Positions 17,803-27,381 of a DNA stretch of 64,000 nt are shown piece after piece. Position 1 is the first letter of the stretch, and each line of letters opens with the position of its first letter. The stretch lies in the IMG/VR virus record IMGVR_UViG_3300035547_000249, one strand, 5' to 3'. The stretch is from a virus (lineage: Duplodnaviria > Heunggongvirae > Uroviricota > Caudoviricetes). Below the pieces are notes generated by a model. That model saw only the letters and a list, made by a program, of their open reading frames with translations. It was not told the DNA's origin and did not search any database. The position numbers were made by a program, and so were the translations under genes.

Positions 17803-18483
17803 ATGTATGTAATAAAAGCTTTCGATAACTATTTTATAAGAGATGATGGAGATAAATTATCTGAGACATATAACTTATATAATGCCACCAAATTTAAAAC
17901 AAAAGAAGAAGCTGAAGATGTGTGCGCATCATGTAATATATCAGAATATTTTAAGATAATTCCTTTTTCATCTGCTAAAATAAAATATGACAAATGGGCA
18001 GAAGAAGGTATGGTAAGGAGAAAAATAAACAAAATAGATAGAAAAATATCTAAGAAATATGAAGGAGGAGGACTAAAAGAAGTATTAAATTTTCGAGTTC
18101 AACACATTAAAAACGAAAATCTAATTGCTTATAGCGACTACAAAACATGGCCACAGTTATATGGTGTAAGTGAGTATTTGAATAATGTGTCATCATACAC
18201 TGATGGTAGATTAACTGTTGAAATACAGATTAAAAAAGATGGTGTATTTAAAGATTTCTACAAAGAAATTATAATCTGTATACCATTCATAACTCACATC
18301 GAAAGCAATTATTATGTGTTACCAATAGTTGACCATGAGTTAAGTGAATTTGAATCAAGGTACCTTTGTATTCATAAGGATTTAAAACACGGTCTCATAA
18401 GAAATAGCAGAAAAGTTCTAATTCATGAAGAGGACAAATTAGAAAATTGTTTTGAATATATAAAAAAATATTTCTGGTATTAA
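17803..18483 (+). CDS. hypothetical protein (226 aa)
   Basis: ORF only. Confidence 0.5.
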   Translation: MYVIKAFDNYFIRDDGDKLSETYNLYNATKFKTKEEAEDVCASCNISEYFKIIPFSSAKIKYDKWAEEGMVRRKINKIDRKISKKYEGGGLKEVLNFRVQHIKNENLIAYSDYKTWPQLYGVSEYLNNVSSYTDGRLTVEIQIKKDGVFKDFYKEIIICIPFITHIESNYYVLPIVDHELSEFESRYLCIHKDLKHGLIRNSRKVLIHEEDKLENCFEYIKKYFWY

Positions 18484-18518
18484 TAAATTTTTATAACGTA
18501 ACTAAAGGAGAATCAAAT

Positions 18519-19544
18519 ATGAAAACTTTAATAGTTGGTGGAGATATTAACAAAAGAAAATCAAAAATCATTTCAATGATTTCAAAAAGTCTTAATGCTG
18601 TTGAAGCAAACGGTATTCTTCCAAGTAGTATAAAAGGATTTGATTTGACAATATGGATGCCAAACATTGGAAACGATAAAGAAAAAGTATATCCAGCAAA
18701 AAATAAAGGAAGTGTATTAATCTGTTCAAAAGTAATGAGAGAGGGGTATACAAGAATTGATTCAGTGTCTCGTATATTCAAAACTCATGCTAATGCCGTA
18801 ATCGAAGTATATAAAGAGGAAAACAGAGTTCGTTTCCAGCTGGTTGATGCTTTGGGGAATGAATGGGGAAAAACAACGGAAGATATAGACATCTTGTGTA
18901 AAAATATAATGTCTCTATATAAGTGGACAAAAGGTAGTATAAGAAAAAGTTTGACGCAGGTGTCTGAAATTAACTCAATTATGTATATTCATGGCTTCAA
19001 CATAAATATGCTTGAGGATTTCATGGTAATTAACAACAGAATAGCACAAAAATGTGCTGTTAGCTGCGGTAACAGGTACTTCGGTAATTATTCTACAAGG
19101 TGTACTAAGCTGTTCCCATCAATGAGAAACAAGGGAACTTGTTACTTCCTTTTTTCACCAAGAAACACAGATAAGAGGTATGTAACTTCATCTGACATGG
19201 TGGTTGTTAATGATCTAAATCAGTTTTATGGAAATAAGCCAAGTGTTGATACACCAGTACAACTTGAAGTATATAAAACATTTAAGAATATCAATTTCAT
19301 GATTCATGGACATGCTTATATAAAAGGTGAAATAAAACCACTAATAGATCCAAGTGCAGTCAGTAATGCTCCATTCACTAAAAACTATTATCCGTGCGGA
19401 GATCTCAGAGATGTAGATGAAATATGTAAATTGGTATCTAAAGGACACAAAGTTATAAACCTTATAAATCACGGGTTTTTAATTTTGGCCGAAGAATTAG
19501 AAGAATTTGACAAACCTATGACTTTCTTACCATTAAACAGATAG
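18519..19544 (+). CDS. hypothetical protein (341 aa)
   Basis: RBS AAGGAG; contains one copy of a 48-bp segment that is duplicated at 25405. Confidence 0.5.
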   Translation: MKTLIVGGDINKRKSKIISMISKSLNAVEANGILPSSIKGFDLTIWMPNIGNDKEKVYPAKNKGSVLICSKVMREGYTRIDSVSRIFKTHANAVIEVYKEENRVRFQLVDALGNEWGKTTEDIDILCKNIMSLYKWTKGSIRKSLTQVSEINSIMYIHGFNINMLEDFMVINNRIAQKCAVSCGNRYFGNYSTRCTKLFPSMRNKGTCYFLFSPRNTDKRYVTSSDMVVVNDLNQFYGNKPSVDTPVQLEVYKTFKNINFMIHGHAYIKGEIKPLIDPSAVSNAPFTKNYYPCGDLRDVDEICKLVSKGHKVINLINHGFLILAEELEEFDKPMTFLPLNR

Positions 19545-19553
19545 GAGAATAAC

Positions 19554-19790
19554 ATGTTTAATTCAATAGGTATTAATTTCGGCAAGAAATCAGATGTAAA
19601 TAATATATTTAAAAACTTGGTGCCTTTAAATGAATGCCCAGCAGACCTAAATATGGTGAGTTTATGTCCTTATTGTGGAATAAAGAAAAACCGCCAATCA
19701 ACAATAGGTTTTAATAAAAACGGGTCTATATTGTATACAAACATAATTGATACATGTGGCTGTGGTTCTGAAGAAATGGTTAATTTTTAA
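19554..19790 (+). CDS. small zinc-finger protein
   Basis: RBS AGGAGAA; CPYCG…CGCG. Confidence 0.45.
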   Translation: MFNSIGINFGKKSDVNNIFKNLVPLNECPADLNMVSLCPYCGIKKNRQSTIGFNKNGSILYTNIIDTCGCGSEEMVNF

Positions 19791-19802
19791 GGGGTATTAA
19801 AT

Positions 19803-19988
19803 ATGGAATCAATTATTATAGAGGAAAAGAAAAATTTGGCAGAAGAATACATTAAGTATATTACTGAAAATGAAATAAAAGATAAAACATGGAACGACTT
19901 TTTTGAATATGCAAAGGTGCCAATGAAACATAGAACAGATTTTGCTATAGCATCTATACTTAAACAAGTAATGGAGAAAAATAAATGA
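19803..19988 (+). CDS. hypothetical protein
   Basis: ORF only. Confidence 0.4.
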   Translation: MESIIIEEKKNLAEEYIKYITENEIKDKTWNDFFEYAKVPMKHRTDFAIASILKQVMEKNK

Positions 19989-21139
19989 AATTAAGTGAAT
20001 TATATGCGTTGTTGCTGATGGTAATGTGTTTAGTAATTGCAGTGTATGCTATAATTTACTTAGTATATACTGCAATAATAGAAACCAAAGAAATAATCAA
20101 AAAAGATTGTGTGAGAGAAGATGAGAATGAGGGGGAGCTAATATCTATAATCAGAAATTTGGAAAAGACAAACGACATGAAAGTTGTTTACCTGTCTATT
20201 GTTGGTTCTAAGTTATTTGGAACTGATACTAAGGACTCGGATACTGATTACAGAGGAATTTTTATACCTTCGGTCAATTCATGTATAACAAAAACATGTG
20301 AAGACAATATAATATTTAAAACAAAGAATGACGACAGCAAAAACAACTCAGAAGATTTAGATGTACAATTATGGTCAATACAACATTTCCTTAGCTTGTT
20401 GTCTTTTGGAGATGTTAATGCTATAGATCTACTGTTTTCTTATACAAAAAAGGATGCTGTGGTTATAAATACTAAAGAATTCAATAAAATAATAGAAAAC
20501 AGAAATATTTTGTTTAATATGAAGGATGCTGCTAATTATCTTGGTTTCTCCAGACAACAAGCCATAAAATATGGTTTAAAAGGTAGAAGGTATGGCAAAA
20601 TAAAAGATGTACACAACTATGTTAAATCTCTCAATACGAAGAATGACTCCAAACTGAAAGATGTCATGTTTGATATAGTTAATAAATTCGGGGAATACCC
20701 ATTGTGTTTCATTAAAAAACAAAAAGACTATTTAAATAGAGAAAATACTTTTATAGAAATATGCGGAGTTATGCATCAGGATACAATATCTATAAAAGAA
20801 TTTCTTAATAGAATGGAACCAAAAAGAGATGGGTATGGAGAAAGAGCTAAATTAGCAGAAGTAAATGAGGGTGAAGACTATAAAGCTCTGTCACATTCTA
20901 TCAGATGTATTTATCAAGTAGAAATGTTATTTAAAACTGGAAAAATAATCTTTCCTTTACTTCAAGCAGATTATTTAAGAGACATAAAGCTTGGAAAAAT
21001 AAGTAAAGAAGATATTAACAAAGAATTCAACAGTAAAATAGACGTACTCACACACAAAGCGGCCAATATGGGCGATTATCCAGTTAATAAGGGTACAATC
21101 AATAATTTTATAATGATGTTTTACAAGGATATCACATAA
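19985..21139 (+). CDS. predicted nucleotidyltransferase (pol-beta superfamily; …YLSIVGSKLFGTDTKDSDTDYRGIFIPS…) with an N-terminal TM segment
   Basis: The GS-x-L-F/Y-G-x-D-x-D-S-D-x-D-x-R-G motif resembles the RNA-ligase-associated 'predicted nucleotidyltransferase' family; assignment from memory. Confidence 0.5.
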   Translation: MKLSELYALLLMVMCLVIAVYAIIYLVYTAIIETKEIIKKDCVREDENEGELISIIRNLEKTNDMKVVYLSIVGSKLFGTDTKDSDTDYRGIFIPSVNSCITKTCEDNIIFKTKNDDSKNNSEDLDVQLWSIQHFLSLLSFGDVNAIDLLFSYTKKDAVVINTKEFNKIIENRNILFNMKDAANYLGFSRQQAIKYGLKGRRYGKIKDVHNYVKSLNTKNDSKLKDVMFDIVNKFGEYPLCFIKKQKDYLNRENTFIEICGVMHQDTISIKEFLNRMEPKRDGYGERAKLAEVNEGEDYKALSHSIRCIYQVEMLFKTGKIIFPLLQADYLRDIKLGKISKEDINKEFNSKIDVLTHKAANMGDYPVNKGTINNFIMMFYKDIT

Positions 21140-21161
21140 CGTCGGTAGATATAGGTGATAA

Positions 21162-21482
21162 ATGCATGAATTAATTATGGGATTGATTTTTATATCAATA
21201 GCAATTATTGTGATATTGGTAGTTATATTAATAAAATACCTAAATATAGATTATATAGATTGTGCTAATCAAAGCAATAGTTTTATATATAAACACTCAA
21301 ACATAAATGATAATTATCAAGGTACATACATGTCCAAATCAAGCAGAAAAAGATCAAGAAGAAGAAGAAAAAAAGAGAAACTAGAAAAAATAAGCAAGGG
21401 TTTAGTTACAAATAATATGTTTAGAAAAATAGGCATATTAACGGAAATAGATGATAAGGAGAACACAGATGGAAAGAATTAA
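21162..21482 (+). CDS. membrane-anchored protein with a highly basic stretch (KSSRKRSRRRRKKEK)
   Basis: TM N-terminus; Arg/Lys run. Confidence 0.4.
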   Translation: MHELIMGLIFISIAIIVILVVILIKYLNIDYIDCANQSNSFIYKHSNINDNYQGTYMSKSSRKRSRRRRKKEKLEKISKGLVTNNMFRKIGILTEIDDKENTDGKN

Positions 21483-21723
21483 AATAAAAAATATCGCCGA
21501 AGTACTTTTTGAAAGTAATTATATAAGTGTGGATGAATACCATAAAATAAATGGGTTTATTAACAGAAATAGATTTAATGCTGTAATAGGGGCACTGTCT
21601 ATGATCGGAATTAAAATAAAACAGAGTAATTTTCCTATTTCAGGACCGGCCAAGCTAACAGCTGATTCCGAACTAATTGTTCCTGGAATAAACACTAAAA
21701 AATACATCAATAATATGAGATAG
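21469..21723 (+). CDS. hypothetical protein
   Basis: Start taken at ATG 21469 after AAGGAGAA. Confidence 0.4.
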   Translation: MERIKIKNIAEVLFESNYISVDEYHKINGFINRNRFNAVIGALSMIGIKIKQSNFPISGPAKLTADSELIVPGINTKKYINNMR

Positions 21724-21735
21724 GAGATAATTATT

Positions 21736-21915
21736 ATGAAAAGAAGAGCATTAACTCCAAACGTCAGTTCTAGTATACTTAAATCAGTAGAAAAAAGCAC
21801 TATGTGTAAATGTAACAGTTTAAACATAGAACTGTTTCCAATAAGCAGGTTTAGCAAACATTCTACCATTTGTCCTGTACATATAAGATATATGGAGAAA
21901 ATAAAGAAAGGTTAA
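21736..21915 (+). CDS. small Cys-containing protein (59 aa)
   Basis: Translated by eye: MKRRALTPNVSSSILKSVEKSTMCKCNSL…ICPVH…; RBS AGGAGA. Confidence 0.35.
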   Translation: MKRRALTPNVSSSILKSVEKSTMCKCNSLNIELFPISRFSKHSTICPVHIRYMEKIKKG

Positions 21916-21919
21916 TAGC

Positions 21920-22315
21920 ATGAATAAATACCTTAGAAGAATGGCAAAGACAGCTACAAAAATAAACGAAACAGAACAAGGCATAATAAAAGAAAATAAA
22001 GAAATAAAAAACGGTAGATTGCTTTACAATGATAGTTACGCTGAATCAGTTGTTATAAAAAGTCTGAACAAAGGTGTTTATGTAGTAATACATGGTAACA
22101 ACATTATTATTCCTGAAGATGATGAGCACCTGCAAAAGATTTGCAAAAACAGTAAAATAGCTACTATACACAACGTTAAATTCATACAAAAAAATAAAGT
22201 AGTGCATATAAAAAGTGTGATAGTCTCAGTGGACAACATGCTAATAGAATATGAATCTGATGATGTCATACATTTTTTCGAAGAACCAAAAACAAAATAT
22301 AACAGTATATGGTAA
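21920..22315 (+). CDS. NS[IV]W-tail protein, ends …KYNSIW
   Basis: C-terminal NSIW-TAA followed by GGAGAA and the next ATG. Confidence 0.55.
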   Translation: MNKYLRRMAKTATKINETEQGIIKENKEIKNGRLLYNDSYAESVVIKSLNKGVYVVIHGNNIIIPEDDEHLQKICKNSKIATIHNVKFIQKNKVVHIKSVIVSVDNMLIEYESDDVIHFFEEPKTKYNSIW

Positions 22316-22325
22316 GGAGAATTGT

Positions 22326-22544
22326 ATGTTGATAGCTAAAGCAGTAAAAAGTGATAGTGGTTTAAAGAAGAACAAAAAATACTATATTGGCGGAATGGTG
22401 CAAGGTAGTAGAAATCTTGTTTTAATGGATATGAAATTTAATATAGTTCCTGGAAATTTTTCAACAGAGCTGTTTGATTCTACACCTGAAGAAGTTTTAA
22501 AAGCCATAGAAGAAGGAAAGTATGAATTAAAACAAAAGGATTAA
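22326..22544 (+). CDS. hypothetical protein
   Basis: Start taken at ATG 22326 after AAGGAGAA. Confidence 0.45.
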   Translation: MLIAKAVKSDSGLKKNKKYYIGGMVQGSRNLVLMDMKFNIVPGNFSTELFDSTPEEVLKAIEEGKYELKQKD

Positions 22545-22548
22545 TATT

Positions 22549-23076
22549 ATGAATAAAGAGGAAGTTTATGTAACAAATGATTTTATTGTAGAAACTGGAA
22601 ACAAAAATGTGTATGGTTTATTTTTTAGGAGTCCGATACAAAAGGTAGTATATGAACACAATGATGTTTCAAACTATTCACCATCTTCTGCAACTAAGTG
22701 GTTGTTTTGGGCCAGAATATTAATAATTCCATACCTATTAAATTTTAAGTCTTTTAGTAATAAAAGAGATTTTATCCACAACAGAAGAAACGCAGCAGGT
22801 ATAATAGTAAATGAACTAGCTATGCCCATATATTTCAGAAGAAATATTAGATATATGGAGTGCTGCATAAATAATGAAAATATAAATATATCTAAAATAA
22901 CATCAAAAGGATACGGTAAATATAAAAGTGATGATATAGGTATGTGTCATAAAGAAATAACTAAATTACATTTCAGAAACGGAAAGACAAAAAAGATAGT
23001 AAGAAGAGAAACATATTATTTCACTTATACTCACATAATGAAAAAGGTGATAAACGACATTGATTACTATCAATAA
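22549..23076 (+). CDS. hypothetical protein
   Basis: ORF only. Confidence 0.45.
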   Translation: MNKEEVYVTNDFIVETGNKNVYGLFFRSPIQKVVYEHNDVSNYSPSSATKWLFWARILIIPYLLNFKSFSNKRDFIHNRRNAAGIIVNELAMPIYFRRNIRYMECCINNENINISKITSKGYGKYKSDDIGMCHKEITKLHFRNGKTKKIVRRETYYFTYTHIMKKVINDIDYYQ

Positions 23077-23181
23077 AAAAGAGATAAAAAAGTGGCTAAT
23101 TTCTGTAGTAGTTTTTGTATTATTGCAGTTAATTATGTTCTCTATAATTAAACCATAATAGTAAATGAGGAGATATATAAA

Positions 23182-24288
23182 GTGTACACACAAGAATTAA
23201 TAAAAGAAAAAGGCATAGAGGCTCTAAAGGATCTCGATATAATTATCAAAGAGTATAATGATAGGTTATGTCTAAAATACACACTAATGTCTCCTAAATT
23301 TAATCCTGTAGTTAAAGAATGTAGAGGATTAATATTATCCCTCCCTGATCTTAATATTATAAGCAGACCTTTCGATAAATTTTTTAATTATGGAGAAGAT
23401 CCGGACGGCCAGTCATTTTTTGATTGGGAAAATTCAATAGTGTTTGAGAAAAGAGATGGTACTCTTATACATGTCTATAATTATAAAAATAAATGGTTTG
23501 CAGGTACAACTGGCACAGCATACGCAGAAGGAAGTCCTCAGCTCACAATAGAAACTGGTAACAAAGAAACATTTTATAATTTGTTTTTAGAGGCATTGAA
23601 CCTTTCTGGTTGTGATGGTATAGACGATCTTATGGTAAATCAACCAAAAGAATTTACCTATCTTTTTGAATTAACAAGCCCAAAAAACAGAATTGTTACC
23701 AGATATGATAAGACAGAACTTAGATTATTAGCTATAAGGAATAACAGAACCGGTAAATACATTGATTATAACTTTATTGCTAAAAACGGATTCAGTGAAA
23801 TAACTGACTTTTGTCCGCTGGTAAAAATTTATGATCTAAAAAACCTTAAAGACATAGAAGAATTTATATCCTCTTTACAAAACACAGAAGAAGGTGTGGT
23901 TTGTTATGACTATATTAATCAAATGAGGATAAAAATTAAAAATCCAGAGTATGTAAAACTTCATTATTTAAGAGGTAATTCTTTAAATAGAAAGTCAGTC
24001 ATAAGCTTACTTGTTAGCGGAGAGATTGATGAGTACTTATCATATTTTCCTGAAGATATAGAAATATTGAATTCATATATCAACAGGTATAACAATATGG
24101 TTGATGAAATAATGAAAGTATATGAAAATTTAAAAGAAATAAAAAATCAAAAAGAGTTTGCAAGAGAAGCAATAAAATATAAGTTTCAAAGTGCATTATT
24201 TTCTCTCAGGAGAGGTAATACCTTGAAAGATTTTTTTAGCTACAACGAAATGAATTATGTAAGGAAACTTTTCTATGATCATTATTGA
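23182..24288 (+). CDS. rnlA: ATP-dependent RNA ligase, T4 RnlA (Rnl1)-like
   Basis: GTG start after GAGGAG. Motifs …KECRGLIL…RPFDKFFNYGEDP…EKRDGTLI… parallel T4 Rnl1 …ECRGIMFE…RPMEKFFNLNENP…TKEDGSLV…, including the KxDG adenylylation lysine. Confidence 0.7.
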   Translation: MYTQELIKEKGIEALKDLDIIIKEYNDRLCLKYTLMSPKFNPVVKECRGLILSLPDLNIISRPFDKFFNYGEDPDGQSFFDWENSIVFEKRDGTLIHVYNYKNKWFAGTTGTAYAEGSPQLTIETGNKETFYNLFLEALNLSGCDGIDDLMVNQPKEFTYLFELTSPKNRIVTRYDKTELRLLAIRNNRTGKYIDYNFIAKNGFSEITDFCPLVKIYDLKNLKDIEEFISSLQNTEEGVVCYDYINQMRIKIKNPEYVKLHYLRGNSLNRKSVISLLVSGEIDEYLSYFPEDIEILNSYINRYNNMVDEIMKVYENLKEIKNQKEFAREAIKYKFQSALFSLRRGNTLKDFFSYNEMNYVRKLFYDHY

Positions 24289-24562
24289 TTCGGGCGTAGA
24301 AGTAAAATTAAACGAAAAGGTCAAACTTCTTGACAGAGATCATAAATATAAACCTTCAACAGTCAATCCAATTATGAAAAGTAAATATGAATGTATAGGA
24401 CGAATAACTTCAATTAGCACAACTTCGTCATTCGAAAGTCAAACCGTTAATACTAATAGAGGTTTTGTGGTTTACTGGGAAAACGGTAAAAGTAATATTT
24501 ACTTTGAAGGAGACTTAGTTAAATACAGAGACACATTAGATTCTATAAACAGTATCTGGTAG
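24275..24562 (+). CDS. NS[IV]W-tail family, subfamily B (95 aa), ends …INSIW
   Basis: Shares a K(Y/F)EC(I/C/S)G…(I/V)…W(E/D)NG…N(I/T)Y core with the next two genes; the Ile is encoded ATC here, ATA elsewhere. Confidence 0.55.
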   Translation: MIIIDSGVEVKLNEKVKLLDRDHKYKPSTVNPIMKSKYECIGRITSISTTSSFESQTVNTNRGFVVYWENGKSNIYFEGDLVKYRDTLDSINSIW

Positions 24563-24572
24563 GAGAAAAGAT

Positions 24573-24806
24573 ATGACTATATTCAGAGTTAATGATAGAG
24601 TGTTTTTGGCTAGTAAAAATGAATTGGGCAGGTCTCCAAATAATCCAAAAATTGGATCTGAATATGAGTGTTGTGGGACAGTAGCAGAAATAGGAAGACG
24701 TTCGGCTTTACCAATAATAGTCGAATGGGACAATGGAACTCATAACACTTATGCAGCCAGACATTTGATTAAAAAAGAAGAAACCACTTTAAATAGTATA
24801 TGGTAA
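24573..24806 (+). CDS. NS[IV]W-tail family, subfamily B (77 aa), ends …LNSIW
   Basis: R-N-D-x-V…NPKIGSEYECCG…VEWDNG…HLIKK core. Confidence 0.55.
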   Translation: MTIFRVNDRVFLASKNELGRSPNNPKIGSEYECCGTVAEIGRRSALPIIVEWDNGTHNTYAARHLIKKEETTLNSIW

Positions 24807-24810
24807 TAAT

Positions 24811-25053
24811 ATGGATAAATTTAAACGTAATGATAAAGTACGTCTTGACTCTTTTTCAAACTTTGTTGCATCATCACGTAATCCAAAAATGGGCACTATT
24901 TATGAATGTTCTGGAAAAGTAATAAATATTATAGGTACGCCCTATAAAAAAATAATAGCTGTCGAATGGAAAAACGGAGCTATTAATAATTATATGTCCA
25001 ATCATTTGATAAAAGATGATGAATCGGAACCAAATATAAATAGTGTATGGTAA
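24811..25053 (+). CDS. NS[IV]W-tail family, subfamily B (80 aa), ends …INSVW
   Basis: R-N-D-x-V…NPKMGTIYECSG…VEWKNG…HLIKD core. Confidence 0.55.
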   Translation: MDKFKRNDKVRLDSFSNFVASSRNPKMGTIYECSGKVINIIGTPYKKIIAVEWKNGAINNYMSNHLIKDDESEPNINSVW

Positions 25054-25072
25054 TTCATAGGAGACTTAAAAA

Positions 25073-25423
25073 ATGATGAGCAAAAAATATAATAATATTG
25101 TTGAACACACAGAAGAACTTTGTGATTTTGTAATAACACTGGTCGCGTTTATACTGCCTTTTTATATCATATTTTTTATGTTTGGTGTTATGGGTATAGT
25201 TTTTTTACAGGAAATATTTGGCCCAGCCACAGGTTATCATATATTGCTACCTTTTTGGTCCTCTCTTACTATAATCAGTATTTTTATAATTAGAATTAGA
25301 AAAAAGTATTTTAAAGAAGATATTATTTTTAAAACTTTTTATACTCTAATTGGATTATATAACTTATTTCACACTCTTAAAAAACTAAATGACTATATTG
25401 TATCAGGTGAAATAAACCACTAA
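25073..25423 (+). CDS. membrane protein (3 TM segments), apparently truncated by a 1-nt indel inside a 48-bp duplicated segment
   Basis: Hydrophobic segments; the 3' end lies inside the repeat shared with 19323-19372. Confidence 0.45.
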   Translation: MMSKKYNNIVEHTEELCDFVITLVAFILPFYIIFFMFGVMGIVFLQEIFGPATGYHILLPFWSSLTIISIFIIRIRKKYFKEDIIFKTFYTLIGLYNLFHTLKKLNDYIVSGEINH

Positions 25424-25584
25424 TAGATCCAAGTACAGTTAATAATGTCTATGGTTTTGGAGAAAAAATAATAGTGGTGTTAATTATTATAGCAATATTG
25501 TTTTTAATGATAGAAGGTATGATACATATATGGTATACATGGGGAAATAAAAAACGTTTATTCATAAAAATTTAAGGGGGAAAA

Positions 25585-25917
25585 ATGGGATATATAAGAA
25601 AATTAAAATCGTATTTTAGCTTAACCAAAATTATAAATAAAAGAAATAAAAAATTTGAAGAAAAAGTAGAATTCTTGAACCAGCTGATAAAATCAATAAA
25701 TAAAAGTTTTGGTTATACTGTATTATTCCTAAGAGTAAGAGATGATAAATCATTATTTTTAATGCATAAACAAAAGGATAATTTAGTGGTTTCAATATGT
25801 CAAGGAAGAATAGATATAATTGAAAGCACTATAATTGGAATAATGATAGGTCTCTCGTGGGCTTCTGAGAGAACCAGAAAAAATTTTGATAAAAAAGTAA
25901 TAAACATGGAGAAATAA
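25585..25917 (+). CDS. hypothetical protein
   Basis: RBS GGGGGAAAAATG; ORF only. Confidence 0.45.
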   Translation: MGYIRKLKSYFSLTKIINKRNKKFEEKVEFLNQLIKSINKSFGYTVLFLRVRDDKSLFLMHKQKDNLVVSICQGRIDIIESTIIGIMIGLSWASERTRKNFDKKVINMEK

Positions 25918-25918
25918 T

Positions 25919-26296
25919 ATGTCATATGAAGGAGCAAAACAAAGGTTTAAAAAAGAATTACACGAATATATGGAAAAAAATCCTTCGCTAAGAAAAGGGC
26001 AAGCAACATTTAATTTGATGTATATGAAATACCCAAATTTTGTTGACAATAAAACAGACCCTTTTTATCACGATGAACTTACCAATGACTTCATAGATGA
26101 ATGCTTCAGAAACATGAGCATGAAGCTTTATTGCCCAGAGTGTGGTACATATGATAATTCCATACATTGTGTAATATACCATAAGGACGGTTGTATTAAA
26201 ACTCAGTGTTTAGTGTGTGGAAAAGTGTTTGAGATAAAAGTAGTTAAAGATTTTGATGCTGAGAAAGAGTTAGAAGAAATGACAAAAGGAGAATAG
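25919..26296 (+). CDS. zinc-ribbon protein (CPECG…CLVCG)
   Basis: Cys motifs. Confidence 0.45.
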   Translation: MSYEGAKQRFKKELHEYMEKNPSLRKGQATFNLMYMKYPNFVDNKTDPFYHDELTNDFIDECFRNMSMKLYCPECGTYDNSIHCVIYHKDGCIKTQCLVCGKVFEIKVVKDFDAEKELEEMTKGE

Positions 26297-26300
26297 TTAA

Positions 26301-27368
26301 ATGTCTTATAACATGGCTTTGGAAACACTAAAATTATTCCACCAGTTCGAAAATGGTGAGATAGTTAAATTAATGAACGATACTTCACATCATGACGGTA
26401 TAAATTATATATCCGAAAACCACACAGAGGGCAGTGTGTGGGCTCATACTATGATGTGTTTAAACTATTTCTTAACTACCAATAAAAAGGTATATTATAA
26501 TGATGATGTGTTTATAGCCATTGTTATATCAATACTTTGTCATGACATAGGAAAAGTTTACACGAGAGAAGTAAAAGACAGCGGAAAAGTAACATTTCAT
26601 AATCATCCAGCCAACTCTATATTCAAAACAATAGATTTTATGTATTTTATAAGGAATGCTGGAATTATATCAAACTTCGATTACACTATTAATTTGGTTC
26701 TGCCGGCGGTATCAAATCATATTAATTTGTACAATGACAGCAAAAACAAACACTTATACTTTAACAATAATCAAGATCTTTATGAAGTGAGTTTACAATT
26801 AGGTATGAGTGATTCAATGGGGTCACTAAGTAAAAATAGAAAATTTAAGTTAGTAGATTATAAAGAGAAGGATAAGAAGAAAGAATATGATAGAACATGT
26901 TATGTGTTTTGTGGCCTTCCTGGAGTAGGAAAAGATTATTTGGCTGCAAAAAAAGGTCTTCTTATATTATCTTTTGATGATGAGAGGCTTGATATATATA
27001 AGAATTCATCACACTATGTAGACGGATTAAGTGAACTTGAAACTTATAGAAAAGCGCACGAATATTGTGACGAAAGAAAAATCAATTTATTAAAACTGAT
27101 AGCCAGAAGAGCTAAAGGGTGGGTTGGTAATATAGCAGTTTGCAATAAAAATCTTAGTGCTAAGGCAAGAAGATCTATTATTAACTCATTCGGAAACTAC
27201 AATTTTGAATGCATTTATGTGGTATCTGATATGGACACCATTATAGATAGAAATAATAAAAGAAAAAGTAGATCAATAGGTAAAGATATAATATTAAATA
27301 CTGCTATGAAACAAACAATTCCCTCTATAAGAGAAGGATTTGATACAATAAACATAGTAGCAAACTAA
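26301..27368 (+). CDS. HD-domain phosphohydrolase fused to a P-loop kinase (polynucleotide kinase-like)
   Basis: N-terminal …H…ILCHDIGK… (HD motif); C-terminal …CYVFCGLPGVGKDYLA… (Walker A). This is a Pnk-like domain combination found next to RNA ligases. Confidence 0.55.
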   Translation: MSYNMALETLKLFHQFENGEIVKLMNDTSHHDGINYISENHTEGSVWAHTMMCLNYFLTTNKKVYYNDDVFIAIVISILCHDIGKVYTREVKDSGKVTFHNHPANSIFKTIDFMYFIRNAGIISNFDYTINLVLPAVSNHINLYNDSKNKHLYFNNNQDLYEVSLQLGMSDSMGSLSKNRKFKLVDYKEKDKKKEYDRTCYVFCGLPGVGKDYLAAKKGLLILSFDDERLDIYKNSSHYVDGLSELETYRKAHEYCDERKINLLKLIARRAKGWVGNIAVCNKNLSAKARRSIINSFGNYNFECIYVVSDMDTIIDRNNKRKSRSIGKDIILNTAMKQTIPSIREGFDTINIVAN

Positions 27369-27381
27369 GGAGTTTGAAAAT

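Noticed and set aside
3018-25053. Treating the conserved 3' element AAYAGTATATGGTRA purely as a DNA or RNA-level signal (terminator, promoter or recombination site)
   Set aside because: Synonymous codon variation (ATA/ATC, AAT/AAC), conservative Ile/Val substitution and variable stop codons indicate selection on the encoded N-S-[I/V]-W peptide. A dual role in translational coupling remains possible, but is secondary.
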